From an uncultured Rickettsia sp. (GTDB lineage: Bacteria; Pseudomonadota; Alphaproteobacteria; Rickettsiales; JABSSG01): a DNA stretch of 64,000 bases. Under the pieces are notes generated by a model, which searched no databases, had not been told where the DNA came from, and saw only the letters and a program-made list of their open reading frames with translations. Positions within the stretch are counted from its first letter, which is position 1; each line of letters begins with the position of its first letter. A program made the translations under genes and the position numbers. Positions 42,610 through 50,225 of the stretch are shown here, in pieces. The stretch covers positions 64,962 to 128,961 of the forward strand of contig CAZEVK010000001.1 of assembly GCA_964515755.1 (NCBI GenBank), read 5' to 3'.

Positions 42610-43704
42610 ATGCCTTCTGAGCAAGAAAATAAAGAAAAAGGACAAGAGCCTAAGCATAACGATAATAATTTAGAAAATACACAAAGTATACTATTTAATT
42701 ATCAACAATTTATACCTAACGTAATATCGAATTCTTCATATTTACTGCAATATCTTCCAAATTGGGAAGAGGTCTTAGTAGTTACCTCTCTCGCCACAAT
42801 AATAGAAATCATCATGGAGCCAGTGATAAATCTAAGCGGTAATACGGTTGCAAAAGAGGTATTTAGAGATATGGCAAAAATTCCAGGAACATCACTTTTA
42901 GATTATTTGGGCATTAATGTTGGTAAAACAAATTATAAATATGATGATGCAAATGAAATAGCACAATATGTAAGAGTGGGATGCAAGCTTTCTCTTATAG
43001 TACCTACTTATTATTACTTCGGCCAAAAGCCTGCAGTAATGATGGCGTATATTTCAAATCCTATTTGCGACATCCCGGCACAAACTATAATTAGAATTGG
43101 CAAATTAAAGCAAGATGAAAATGATACAACTACTTCTATTTTTCAGTATTACGTTGATAATATAAATAATGATATCGTAACCGGCTCTATCATTGCATCA
43201 TTTATTAAAAAAGGTGTTGCAACTATTATTGGCTCAATCATCGATCTTTTTCCTAAAACGCCTTACCAATATGCCAAATCTAGCGCGCTCAAAGTTGATA
43301 AAGCATTATTAGCAATTTTTGGAATAAATAGAGGTTTTATTATAGATGAAGACGCTAAAAATACGTGTGCTCAGGTAGCTACAAAGATATACCAGAACTT
43401 AGTAGAAGCAAGCATTACAATAAAAGCCGCTATTCTGCCATTAGCAGTTACTACAGAGTTTTTATTTAGAGAAGCAGCTAATATGTTTAATGCATATATA
43501 CTCATGTCAGCCGCAAGACCAATTCAAGAAGCAAGTTATGATTTATATATAAAATATGCTAATAACACTAGTAATTTTGAAACTATACCAGAAAATACTG
43601 TAGCCTTAGATAGTAAAACCTTTGATACCCATGGGCAGGAGTGCATCGAAAACATTTATAACGAGCTCCTAGGGAACGAAGTTTGTAAAGTAGATGAGTT
43701 ATAG
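42610..43704 (+). CDS. Hypothetical protein (364 aa), no recognisable family; effector candidate
   Basis: A long ORF in stop-rich AT DNA. It has a polar N-terminus (EQENKEKGQEPKHNDNN) and several hydrophobic stretches, and ends in ..KVDEL. No obvious Shine-Dalgarno, so the start is uncertain. Confidence 0.5.
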   Translation: MPSEQENKEKGQEPKHNDNNLENTQSILFNYQQFIPNVISNSSYLLQYLPNWEEVLVVTSLATIIEIIMEPVINLSGNTVAKEVFRDMAKIPGTSLLDYLGINVGKTNYKYDDANEIAQYVRVGCKLSLIVPTYYYFGQKPAVMMAYISNPICDIPAQTIIRIGKLKQDENDTTTSIFQYYVDNINNDIVTGSIIASFIKKGVATIIGSIIDLFPKTPYQYAKSSALKVDKALLAIFGINRGFIIDEDAKNTCAQVATKIYQNLVEASITIKAAILPLAVTTEFLFREAANMFNAYILMSAARPIQEASYDLYIKYANNTSNFETIPENTVALDSKTFDTHGQECIENIYNELLGNEVCKVDEL

Positions 43705-43833
43705 GATGTTGTAATTAACTATATAAACTTTCCGTAACCGCTCTCGCACACAAAGAAAGGTGAACATACAGAAAGGTACTTCTTATTCTTTATTAAAATT
43801 ACTTACCCTACTCTTTTTAAGACAATTATACTC

Positions 43834-43862
43834 TTGACACTGGCACAAAAATTCAGTAAAAG
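43834..43862 (+). promoter_or_regulatory. Candidate sigma-70 promoter of rpsT
   Basis: TTGACA (43834-43839), a 17-nt spacer, then TAAAAG (43857-43862), about 35 nt upstream of the rpsT ATG. Confidence 0.4.
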
Positions 43863-43896
43863 TTACTGCTTAAAGTAATTCTTATTAGGAATATAG

Positions 43897-44163
43897 ATGG
43901 CAAATCATAAATCAGCAGAAAAAGCAATACGCCAAATTAAAAAACGTACATTGATTAATAAATCACGCATGAGCAGAATCAAAACTTTTATTAAAAAAGT
44001 TGAACAAGCTGTTGTTAGCAATGATAAAGCAAAAGCTCAAGCTGAATTCAAGATCGCACAGTCTGAAATAATGAAAGGCGTAACTAAAGGCTTGCTGAAA
44101 TTAAATACTGCCTCTCGTAGAGTAAGCAGTTTATCTGCAAGAATCAAAAAATTAGCAAGCTAA
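43897..44163 (+). CDS. rpsT: 30S ribosomal protein S20
   Basis: [13 protein letters not shown].. N-terminus, 88 aa, basic. Confidence 0.95.
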   Translation: MANHKSAEKAIRQIKKRTLINKSRMSRIKTFIKKVEQAVVSNDKAKAQAEFKIAQSEIMKGVTKGLLKLNTASRRVSSLSARIKKLAS

Positions 44164-44181
44164 TAACTAAAAATTATCAAA

Positions 44182-44736
44182 ATGAAACGTTCATTAAAGC
44201 GTCTTTTTTGTCTAATATTAATTATATTTGGTATCCAAATGAATGCTACTGCCATTAATTCTGAAAATATTATTCTACTCGAATTGCCATATGGAGTTGT
44301 GGAAATAGAGCTTATGCCTGATGTTGCACCTAATCATGTCACTCGAATTAAAGAATTAGTACGCCAAGGATTTTATGACGGGATAATATTTCATAGAGTT
44401 ATCCCAGGTTTCATGGCACAAACAGGTGATCCTACAGGTACAGGTACAGGCGGATCTGGACAAAATCTTAAAGCTGAATTCTCTAAGACCCCTCATGTCA
44501 GAGGAATTGTTTCTATGGCACGTGCTATGGATCCTAACAGTGCTGACAGTCAATTTTTTATTGTTTTTGAAGATGCTCCTCATTTAAATGGCCAATATAC
44601 AACTTTTGGTAAAGTAACTAAAGGCATGGAATATGTTGACCAAATTAAGAAAGGTGCACCTGGTAGTGGCATAGTAACTAACCCAGACAAAATTGTTTCA
44701 ATGAAAATTGCTGCTGACGTTAATAAAAGCAAGTAA
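44182..44736 (+). CDS. Cyclophilin-type peptidyl-prolyl cis-trans isomerase with signal peptide
   Basis: FHRVIPGFMAQTGDPTGTGTGG and SMARA..PNSADSQFFI motifs, with a hydrophobic N-terminal leader. Confidence 0.9.
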   Translation: MKRSLKRLFCLILIIFGIQMNATAINSENIILLELPYGVVEIELMPDVAPNHVTRIKELVRQGFYDGIIFHRVIPGFMAQTGDPTGTGTGGSGQNLKAEFSKTPHVRGIVSMARAMDPNSADSQFFIVFEDAPHLNGQYTTFGKVTKGMEYVDQIKKGAPGSGIVTNPDKIVSMKIAADVNKSK

Positions 44737-44840
44737 TTAAAAGTCTCTATCTAAAATTTATCTAATATTAGATCATTAGTAGATAATCTACTTTTTGATT
44801 TAAGCAATTTCACTATAGATAATTACCTAAACCTTATTTG

Positions 44841-44867
44841 AAAAAAGTGCCAGAGATAATCTGGCAC
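44841..44867 (-). terminator. Rho-independent terminator of cassette copy 1
   Basis: On the minus strand, GTGCCAG-ATTATCT-CTGGCAC is followed by TTTTTT. The hairpin 21-mer is identical to the one at 46175-46195. Confidence 0.55.
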
Positions 44868-44879
44868 CGTACTTATCTA

Positions 44880-45476
44880 TTATATCATTCTAGATCCTTT
44901 ATTGCCTGTAAGAGGGCTATGTTCGGATAATTTTTTACTAGTTTTTTCTTGTCTAAATACTCCGCGATCAAATGCTCCTTTTAAGTCATTTTTAACTCTA
45001 ACAAATTCCTTACCAACCTTGCCAAGGGTCTCAGTTTTTTCATGGCCTGCTAGATCAAGAGCATCTAAATTAGTGCAGCCTTTATCCTTTTCTTACTTTG
45101 AATTACGTCCAACTAAATTTTTTGCAGCTTTACTTAAATCTTCGAAAAAGCTAGATATAGATTTGCTAATTTTCGGTCTAAGTTCATTGAAAAATTTAGC
45201 AACATCAGAAAAAAATTGTGATACAGTTGTATAAACCTCAACGCTTTTTTATGAACCGCTTCTCATGCATTTGAAGCAAGCTCATTGATAATTCGAGTAA
45301 AGCTGTGCGCATTTCTTTGATTTTCAAAAAATTCATCGTTTAGCTCGCCACCAGCAGCCATAAGTTTATTAAACTGTTTTGCTAGCTTCTTTTACAGCTT
45401 CGCCTTTGTCAGTTTTCTCTATCGCACTAACTACCTGCTCTACTAATTTTTTTTTATCATCAGCTTTTTTTGCCAT
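44880..45476 (-). pseudogene. Degraded member (copy 1) of the tandem small-protein family
   Basis: Hand translation recovers MAKKADDKKKLVEQVVSAIEKTDKGEAVKEASKTV*, then ..ELNDEFFENQRNAHSFTRIINELASNA*EAVHKK (TGA where the paralogs have the conserved Trp of EAW), then, after a frameshift, VEVYTTVSQFFSDVAKFFNELRPKISKSISSFFEDLSKAAKNLVGRNSK* followed by an open charged tail. That makes at least two frameshifts and at least two in-frame stops. Confidence 0.7.
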
Positions 45477-45608
45477 AATCTTCTCCTTTAATTATATTTA
45501 TTGCTACCACAGTTAGAACATCTAAACTATACGATCAAAAAGTTACACCAAAGTAATTAACAAAAAATTAATAGAAATATAATTTGTGAATAATTATTTA
45601 TAATCTCA
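45477..45608 (-). repeat. Conserved 5' module of cassette copy 1
   Basis: By manual alignment it differs at only about a dozen positions from 46744..46875. Contains SD, palindrome and TTAA-N7-TTAA (45558-45572). Confidence 0.7.
45510..45531. promoter_or_regulatory. Imperfect palindrome (operator or 5'-UTR stem-loop candidate), copy 1
   Basis: ACAGTTAGAACATCTAAACTAT. The core TTAGA-ACA-TCTAA is perfect; the outer arm is degenerate. Confidence 0.4.
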
Positions 45609-46170
45609 ATAAATTGAATTTAAACTTATAATATTTTGAACGATACTTTATTGGTTCCGAAGAAATGCCTTGTAATAAAAAAATGCTTTTTAGAACTATG
45701 TGAATATCAATAGGCCTTAAATATAAATTTAGAGCAATAGGAATTTAGTTAATAGTATAAGTAAATAAAATCATGAACTAACAAGAAAATAGTCACTCTA
45801 TCTTAGAGTTCTAGGACTCAATCCTTATATTAATCTAAACCTAGTATTCTTGTTCAGTATATTTTTAAAGAAAATTAATAGTGAGATAAGTACGCGATAG
45901 TGAAAAAGATTTAAAATTATATTTTTTAGTCTGAATTATAGACTTTCTAAGAATGAGTATAAGAATAAGAGAAATGACACTTAGCATTAAAAGGAAATAA
46001 TCTTAGCAACGAATATTATATTAGCTTAGAAAGTTTGTTAAGCCTAAAACCATTGTGCTTGATGCAAAGTTTAATCTAATATAAATCCAATCCTAGTATC
46101 CTGGCTAATTTTTTTAAAAGATATCTATTGGTTATAGGTAATATCTATGTCTAAATTATTTAATGCCAGA

Positions 46171-46195
46171 CAAAGTGCCAGAGATAATCTGGCAC
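46171..46195 (-). terminator. Terminator hairpin of cassette copy 2
   Basis: GTGCCAG-AGATAAT-CTGGCAC lies 15 nt downstream of the stop of 46210..46743. It is followed on the minus strand by TTTG, a weak T tract. Confidence 0.5.
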
Positions 46196-46209
46196 TCAAA
46201 CCTCGATGA

Positions 46210-46743
46210 TTACTGTCTAGATTTACCTTTATCACGTATGTCTGACATTAGTGTATCCCTTGGTGCTTTATACGTTCCTTCACCAGCTTTCACTTTCTTC
46301 AAACCTTCCATAACATTTTCCTTTCCCTTCAACTCATCAAGAACTTTACCCTTATTATCCCTTGCTATGTCTCGCTGTTCAGTTGCCTTTCCACTTAATT
46401 CTTGAAAAATATTTGCTATAGACCAATAGATTTTATTTCCTAAATCCTTAAAAGCTTTAGCAACGTCTTTATAAAGCTTTACTATAGCTTGACCAACTTC
46501 AACTCCTTTTTTATTTACTGATTCCCATGCTTCAACAAAGAATCCTATAATTATATTTTTATTTTTATTTAATTCTTTAGCTTCTTCTGAGTTTAATTCC
46601 TTAGAAATTGTAGTTATTACTTGCTCTGCACCTTCTTCAGCTTTCTTTTTTGTACCGGAATCTAAAGCTGTTGCAGTTTGCTCAATTACTTTTGTTTGCA
46701 CTTCTTCATCTAAAACTACATTATTACCAGTTCCATCTTTCAT
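46210..46743 (-). CDS. Tandem small-protein family, copy 2 (177 aa, hypothetical)
   Basis: SD AAAGGGAGAAG 4 nt upstream of the ATG. The core EAWESVNKKGVEVGQAIVKLYKDVAKAFKDLGNKIYWSIANIFQELS is shared with copy 3. Charged K/E/G-rich tail. Confidence 0.6.
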   Translation of the reverse strand: MKDGTGNNVVLDEEVQTKVIEQTATALDSGTKKKAEEGAEQVITTISKELNSEEAKELNKNKNIIIGFFVEAWESVNKKGVEVGQAIVKLYKDVAKAFKDLGNKIYWSIANIFQELSGKATEQRDIARDNKGKVLDELKGKENVMEGLKKVKAGEGTYKAPRDTLMSDIRDKGKSRQ

Positions 46744-46875
46744 AATCTTCTCCCTTTATTATATTTATTGTTATCACAGTTAGAACATCTAAACTGTACA
46801 ATCAAAAAGTTACACCAAAATAATTAACAAATAATTAATAGAAATATAGTTTGCGAATAATTATTTATAATCTCC
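46744..46875 (-). repeat. Conserved 5' module of cassette copy 2
   Basis: Near-identical to 45477..45608. Contains TTAA-N7-TTAA at 46824-46838. Confidence 0.7.
46776..46797. promoter_or_regulatory. Near-perfect palindrome (operator or 5'-UTR stem-loop candidate), copy 2
   Basis: ACAGTTAGA-ACA-TCTAAACTGT, with one bulged base. Its centre is about 43 nt upstream of the ATG. Confidence 0.45.
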
Positions 46876-47275
46876 TCCATTATTTATTTATACGCATTAA
46901 AGCAGCTGGCACACCCAGCTGCATAATAATTATATTAAACTAAAATGATTAAGAAAAAGTTAATAGTATTAAATTTATAAAAAAGTCCTTTATAAATAAT
47001 AATTAACATTAGACTATGTGACTAAGCCTAGCTTAAGATTAACCCAAACAACTTAAAAATTCTCTCTAAATGATTAAACAGAGATTAATTGTAATCAATT
47101 TTATAAAAAAGCTCTTTATTAATAGTAATTAGAATGATAAAAAGTTTAGGTTCTTTTTAAACTCTAAGAGAGCATCCAAATTTATACATAAATTGGCTAG
47201 TTATTGAGCAACATCTACTTCTGGCATAGCATTTTCATACCTACCTAGTGCAAATTATTTATTACTATTAATTAG

Positions 47276-47303
47276 AAAAGTGCCATGTAAATATTGGCAC
47301 TTT
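47276..47303 (-). terminator. Terminator hairpin of cassette copy 3
   Basis: AAAGTGCCA-TGTAAATAT-TGGCACTTT, a 9-bp stem flanked by A/T runs on both sides, 8 nt downstream of the stop of 47311..47781. Confidence 0.5.
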
Positions 47304-47310
47304 ATTAACA

Positions 47311-47781
47311 TTATCTGGTTTTACCTGGAGTATTCTGCGATTCCTGCATAAGACGCTCTACATACGTTCTTCCTTCACTAGTTTTAGGGCTATCTTTATC
47401 CGGACCTACTTGCATGTTTTTTGGATCTAAACTTGTACTACCCTTAGCAACATCATTTCTATAAGTAGAGATATCTTTACTTAGTGTTTCAAAAAATTCT
47501 AATACAGATTGATTGATTTTTGTTCCTTGCCCTCTTAGAAATTTGGCAATATCGGAAAAAAATTCTGATAAAGCTTTTTGAACCTCAACGCCCGCCTCGT
47601 TAACCTTTTTCCATGCTTCGCCAGCTAATTCCATAACATTAGTCAAAATTTCCTCGATATCTTCAGGTTGTAACCCTTCCGCCCAATCTACATCTTCAAA
47701 ACAATTTGATGACCACCATATAAAATAATCTTCATCTCCATCTAAAGCATTGGCCCAGTCAGCAAAATCAAATTCAAACAT
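47311..47781 (-). CDS. Tandem small-protein family, copy 3 (156 aa, hypothetical)
   Basis: SD AAAGGGAAAA upstream of the ATG. Acidic, aromatic N-terminus (MFEFDFADWANALDGDEDYFIWW). Core EAWKKVNEAGVEVQKALSEFFSDIAKFLRGQGTKINQSVLEFFETLS. Polar tail. Confidence 0.6.
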   Translation of the reverse strand: MFEFDFADWANALDGDEDYFIWWSSNCFEDVDWAEGLQPEDIEEILTNVMELAGEAWKKVNEAGVEVQKALSEFFSDIAKFLRGQGTKINQSVLEFFETLSKDISTYRNDVAKGSTSLDPKNMQVGPDKDSPKTSEGRTYVERLMQESQNTPGKTR

Positions 47782-47900
47782 AATTTTCCCTTTACTATCT
47801 TATACTCACATTTAGAACATCTAAATGTGCAAAAAACAAGTTACGCCAAAATAATTAATAAAAGATTAATAAAATAAAGATTTTTGAATAATAATCGAAG
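47782..47900 (-). repeat. Conserved 5' module of cassette copy 3 (more diverged)
   Basis: Shares TTAGAACATCTAAA, AAGTTAC(A/G)CCAAA(A/G)TAATTAA and TTAA-N7-TTAA (47855-47869) with the other two modules. Confidence 0.6.
47807..47829. promoter_or_regulatory. Perfect 10-3-10 palindrome (operator or 5'-UTR stem-loop candidate), copy 3
   Basis: CACATTTAGA-ACA-TCTAAATGTG. Its centre is about 37 nt upstream of the ATG. Confidence 0.5.
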
Positions 47901-47944
47901 ACAAACTCATAAATTTAAAGTTTATCGCAATTAAATTTTATTGA

Positions 47945-49168
47945 TTATAATTTTAAGTCTTTTCTAATATTACTAGCAATAACCATACCTATGGGAAACC
48001 ATAAAATAAGCCATAATGGAGACGGAGATTTAACTAATTGGCTATGATCAGTTATCCCTGAAATTAATCCAAATATTAAAAGTAAAAAAACCATTATCAT
48101 CTTAGCTTCGCCTAATAAAGCCATCTTAGTAGCTATAAATAAACTTTTACCCACTAGGTACAAGAAAAATATACCACCAAAAACACCAATATGAAAAAAT
48201 GTTGCTAGATAAATATTATGAGGGTTATAAGCTTCTGGTGACTGCACAAGAGGTGTTAAACGTGCCTGCATACCATTTCCAAATAATGGATGCTCAATAA
48301 TTCTATTTATAGCATCTTCCCATAACTTAAATCTATAAGAATCTCCTCTCGAAATTAGAGATCTAAAATAATCATATATAATATCTTGCAATGGATATAA
48401 GGTGACAATTATCAAAGCCAACACGCACATAAGTATTACTGCTTTATAAAACATACTAGTAAATGACTTAGAATACAAAGCCGCACCAACTCCAATAGAA
48501 AAAATGTATGCAAAAATTGGTGTACGGCTTGCAGTAAGTAATATCATAAATCCTATAATTACTATTGTTGCTATACATATTGCTTTCTGCTTTAAGTAAG
48601 CTGAACTATTATAAATATATAAAGATAAGATTCCTGCAATTCCATAAGTGAATGATCCTAATATTTGATTTGAGGCACGACCTATTGGAGAAAGCCTCGG
48701 GTCTGTTTGTGGATAAAAATAGTAGAATATCAGGGAAATTATTGCGCATACTCCAGCCAATATAATAAATATAAAGAAAAATCTATGAATAAAATCCTTA
48801 TCCGCATAAACAAAAAAAGTAATTGTAGAAATTAGAAATACTACCGTTACTAATGTATTACCAATGGTTTTGGATAAACCATAATAGCCTTGAGTAAGAA
48901 ATAATGCATGAAAAATTATATAACAAAACAATACCAAATAAAATTTTACCATAGGATTATTCATAATATGTATAATTTTATCTGTGTTATAAATTACAAA
49001 AAAAATAAAAGCTGGTAGCAGTATTCCATAAAATGAAAATGTAGTAACAAATGCAGCTGATACAGGGTATTGCACTAAGATATAAAAAATATAACTAATA
49101 AAAAATACTTTAGATGATTCTTTACTATATTTAGTTATAAAATTAATATGTTTTTGTAAGCCAAGCAT
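47945..49168 (-). CDS. O-antigen ligase (WaaL/Wzy_C) family membrane protein
   Basis: About 10-12 TM helices, a LTASRTPIFAYIFSIG segment, and a periplasmic-loop motif ..NPHNIYLATFFHIGVFGG.. typical of Wzy_C proteins. Confidence 0.7.
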   Translation of the reverse strand: MLGLQKHINFITKYSKESSKVFFISYIFYILVQYPVSAAFVTTFSFYGILLPAFIFFVIYNTDKIIHIMNNPMVKFYLVLFCYIIFHALFLTQGYYGLSKTIGNTLVTVVFLISTITFFVYADKDFIHRFFFIFIILAGVCAIISLIFYYFYPQTDPRLSPIGRASNQILGSFTYGIAGILSLYIYNSSAYLKQKAICIATIVIIGFMILLTASRTPIFAYIFSIGVGAALYSKSFTSMFYKAVILMCVLALIIVTLYPLQDIIYDYFRSLISRGDSYRFKLWEDAINRIIEHPLFGNGMQARLTPLVQSPEAYNPHNIYLATFFHIGVFGGIFFLYLVGKSLFIATKMALLGEAKMIMVFLLLIFGLISGITDHSQLVKSPSPLWLILWFPIGMVIASNIRKDLKL

Positions 49169-50210
49169 AACTTTCTGTCAATTCTAGTCTAAATGTTATT
49201 TCTAAAATATATTTCGCAACTAATTTTTCGTTTAATTGCTGATGTGATTTTTTCCAACCGGCATAAGCAATTTTTTTTCGCTCTTCATCATGATTTTTAA
49301 AATAAATAACTTTCTCTAGAAGTTCTTCTTTGCTATCGAAAAACACAAGCTCTTTATCTTCTTTGAATAGATCTTCAAGCCTATTTCCTCTTTTTGCTAA
49401 TGTAAGCAATCCACTTCCCATATAGTGCGAAATACGATCAGATGAGTATAAATATAATTCTTCAGCGCTAGCAATAGGACTATCTACAAATGCACGCTCA
49501 ACACTAATGTTTATTCCCATACGAGATTTTTCTATTTCTTTATAATACTGAGCATTTAACAATTCCGGTTTACTGTTAATACCATGATAATCAACTTTTA
49601 CTTTTCCAGTTTGTTCTAAATATATTGGAAAGGTAAATCTTGGATCACCAGGATATGAAAATCCTCCCCCCGAGCGCATTGCCCAAAATATATCATTAGG
49701 TTGATCACTTCTTTCGTGACAACGTGGCCATTCCATAGAGCTATCAATAGGATTAGGAATATAACTAACCAATCCTTTTGGTTGACTAAATTTTTTTAAA
49801 ATATCGCCACCGGTAGTAATAAAAGTAGCATCCATATAAGGTGATTTAGAATTTATCTGGACAATATTATTTGGGCGAAACACTGGATCGACATTAAACT
49901 GCGCCATTTTGACCTTAGGCAATATATTTTTAACCTTAATTATAGACTCAACATTAATAATATCAGCATGACCAAAGAGAATTAGCTCTGGCGCAAAATT
50001 ATAACACGTATCTACAAAGGCATTGTTACAATGACGCTTACCTAACTTCAAAGAACCAAATATATTAGATGACCTAGATATATCACGATCACTAAAAAAA
50101 TATACATTATGGCCATTTCGTATTAATCCATTCAATATTTTACGTCCTACATCATAATATCGACTACCATTGTGTTTATAATTACCGTTACCAACATATA
50201 AAATTTGCAT
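49143..50210 (-). CDS. CgeB-like / Glyco_trans_1_2-type glycosyltransferase family protein
   Basis: The C-terminal region (YSSDRISHYMGSGLLTLAKR..ELVFFDSKEELLEKVIYFKNHDEERKKIAYAGWKKS) resembles the PF13524-type domain as I recall it. 26-nt overlap with the ligase gene. Confidence 0.55.
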   Translation of the reverse strand: MQILYVGNGNYKHNGSRYYDVGRKILNGLIRNGHNVYFFSDRDISRSSNIFGSLKLGKRHCNNAFVDTCYNFAPELILFGHADIINVESIIKVKNILPKVKMAQFNVDPVFRPNNIVQINSKSPYMDATFITTGGDILKKFSQPKGLVSYIPNPIDSSMEWPRCHERSDQPNDIFWAMRSGGGFSYPGDPRFTFPIYLEQTGKVKVDYHGINSKPELLNAQYYKEIEKSRMGINISVERAFVDSPIASAEELYLYSSDRISHYMGSGLLTLAKRGNRLEDLFKEDKELVFFDSKEELLEKVIYFKNHDEERKKIAYAGWKKSHQQLNEKLVAKYILEITFRLELTESYAWLTKTY

Positions 50211-50225
50211 TTTACTATACCAATC

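Noticed and set aside
44902-45234. Plus-strand 110-aa ORF (and the similar 46163..46405 ORF) in the cassette region
   Set aside because: Both are antisense to the paralogous minus-strand genes. Those genes have SDs, conserved 5' modules and terminators, and protein-level similarity to each other. The plus-strand ORFs show none of this.
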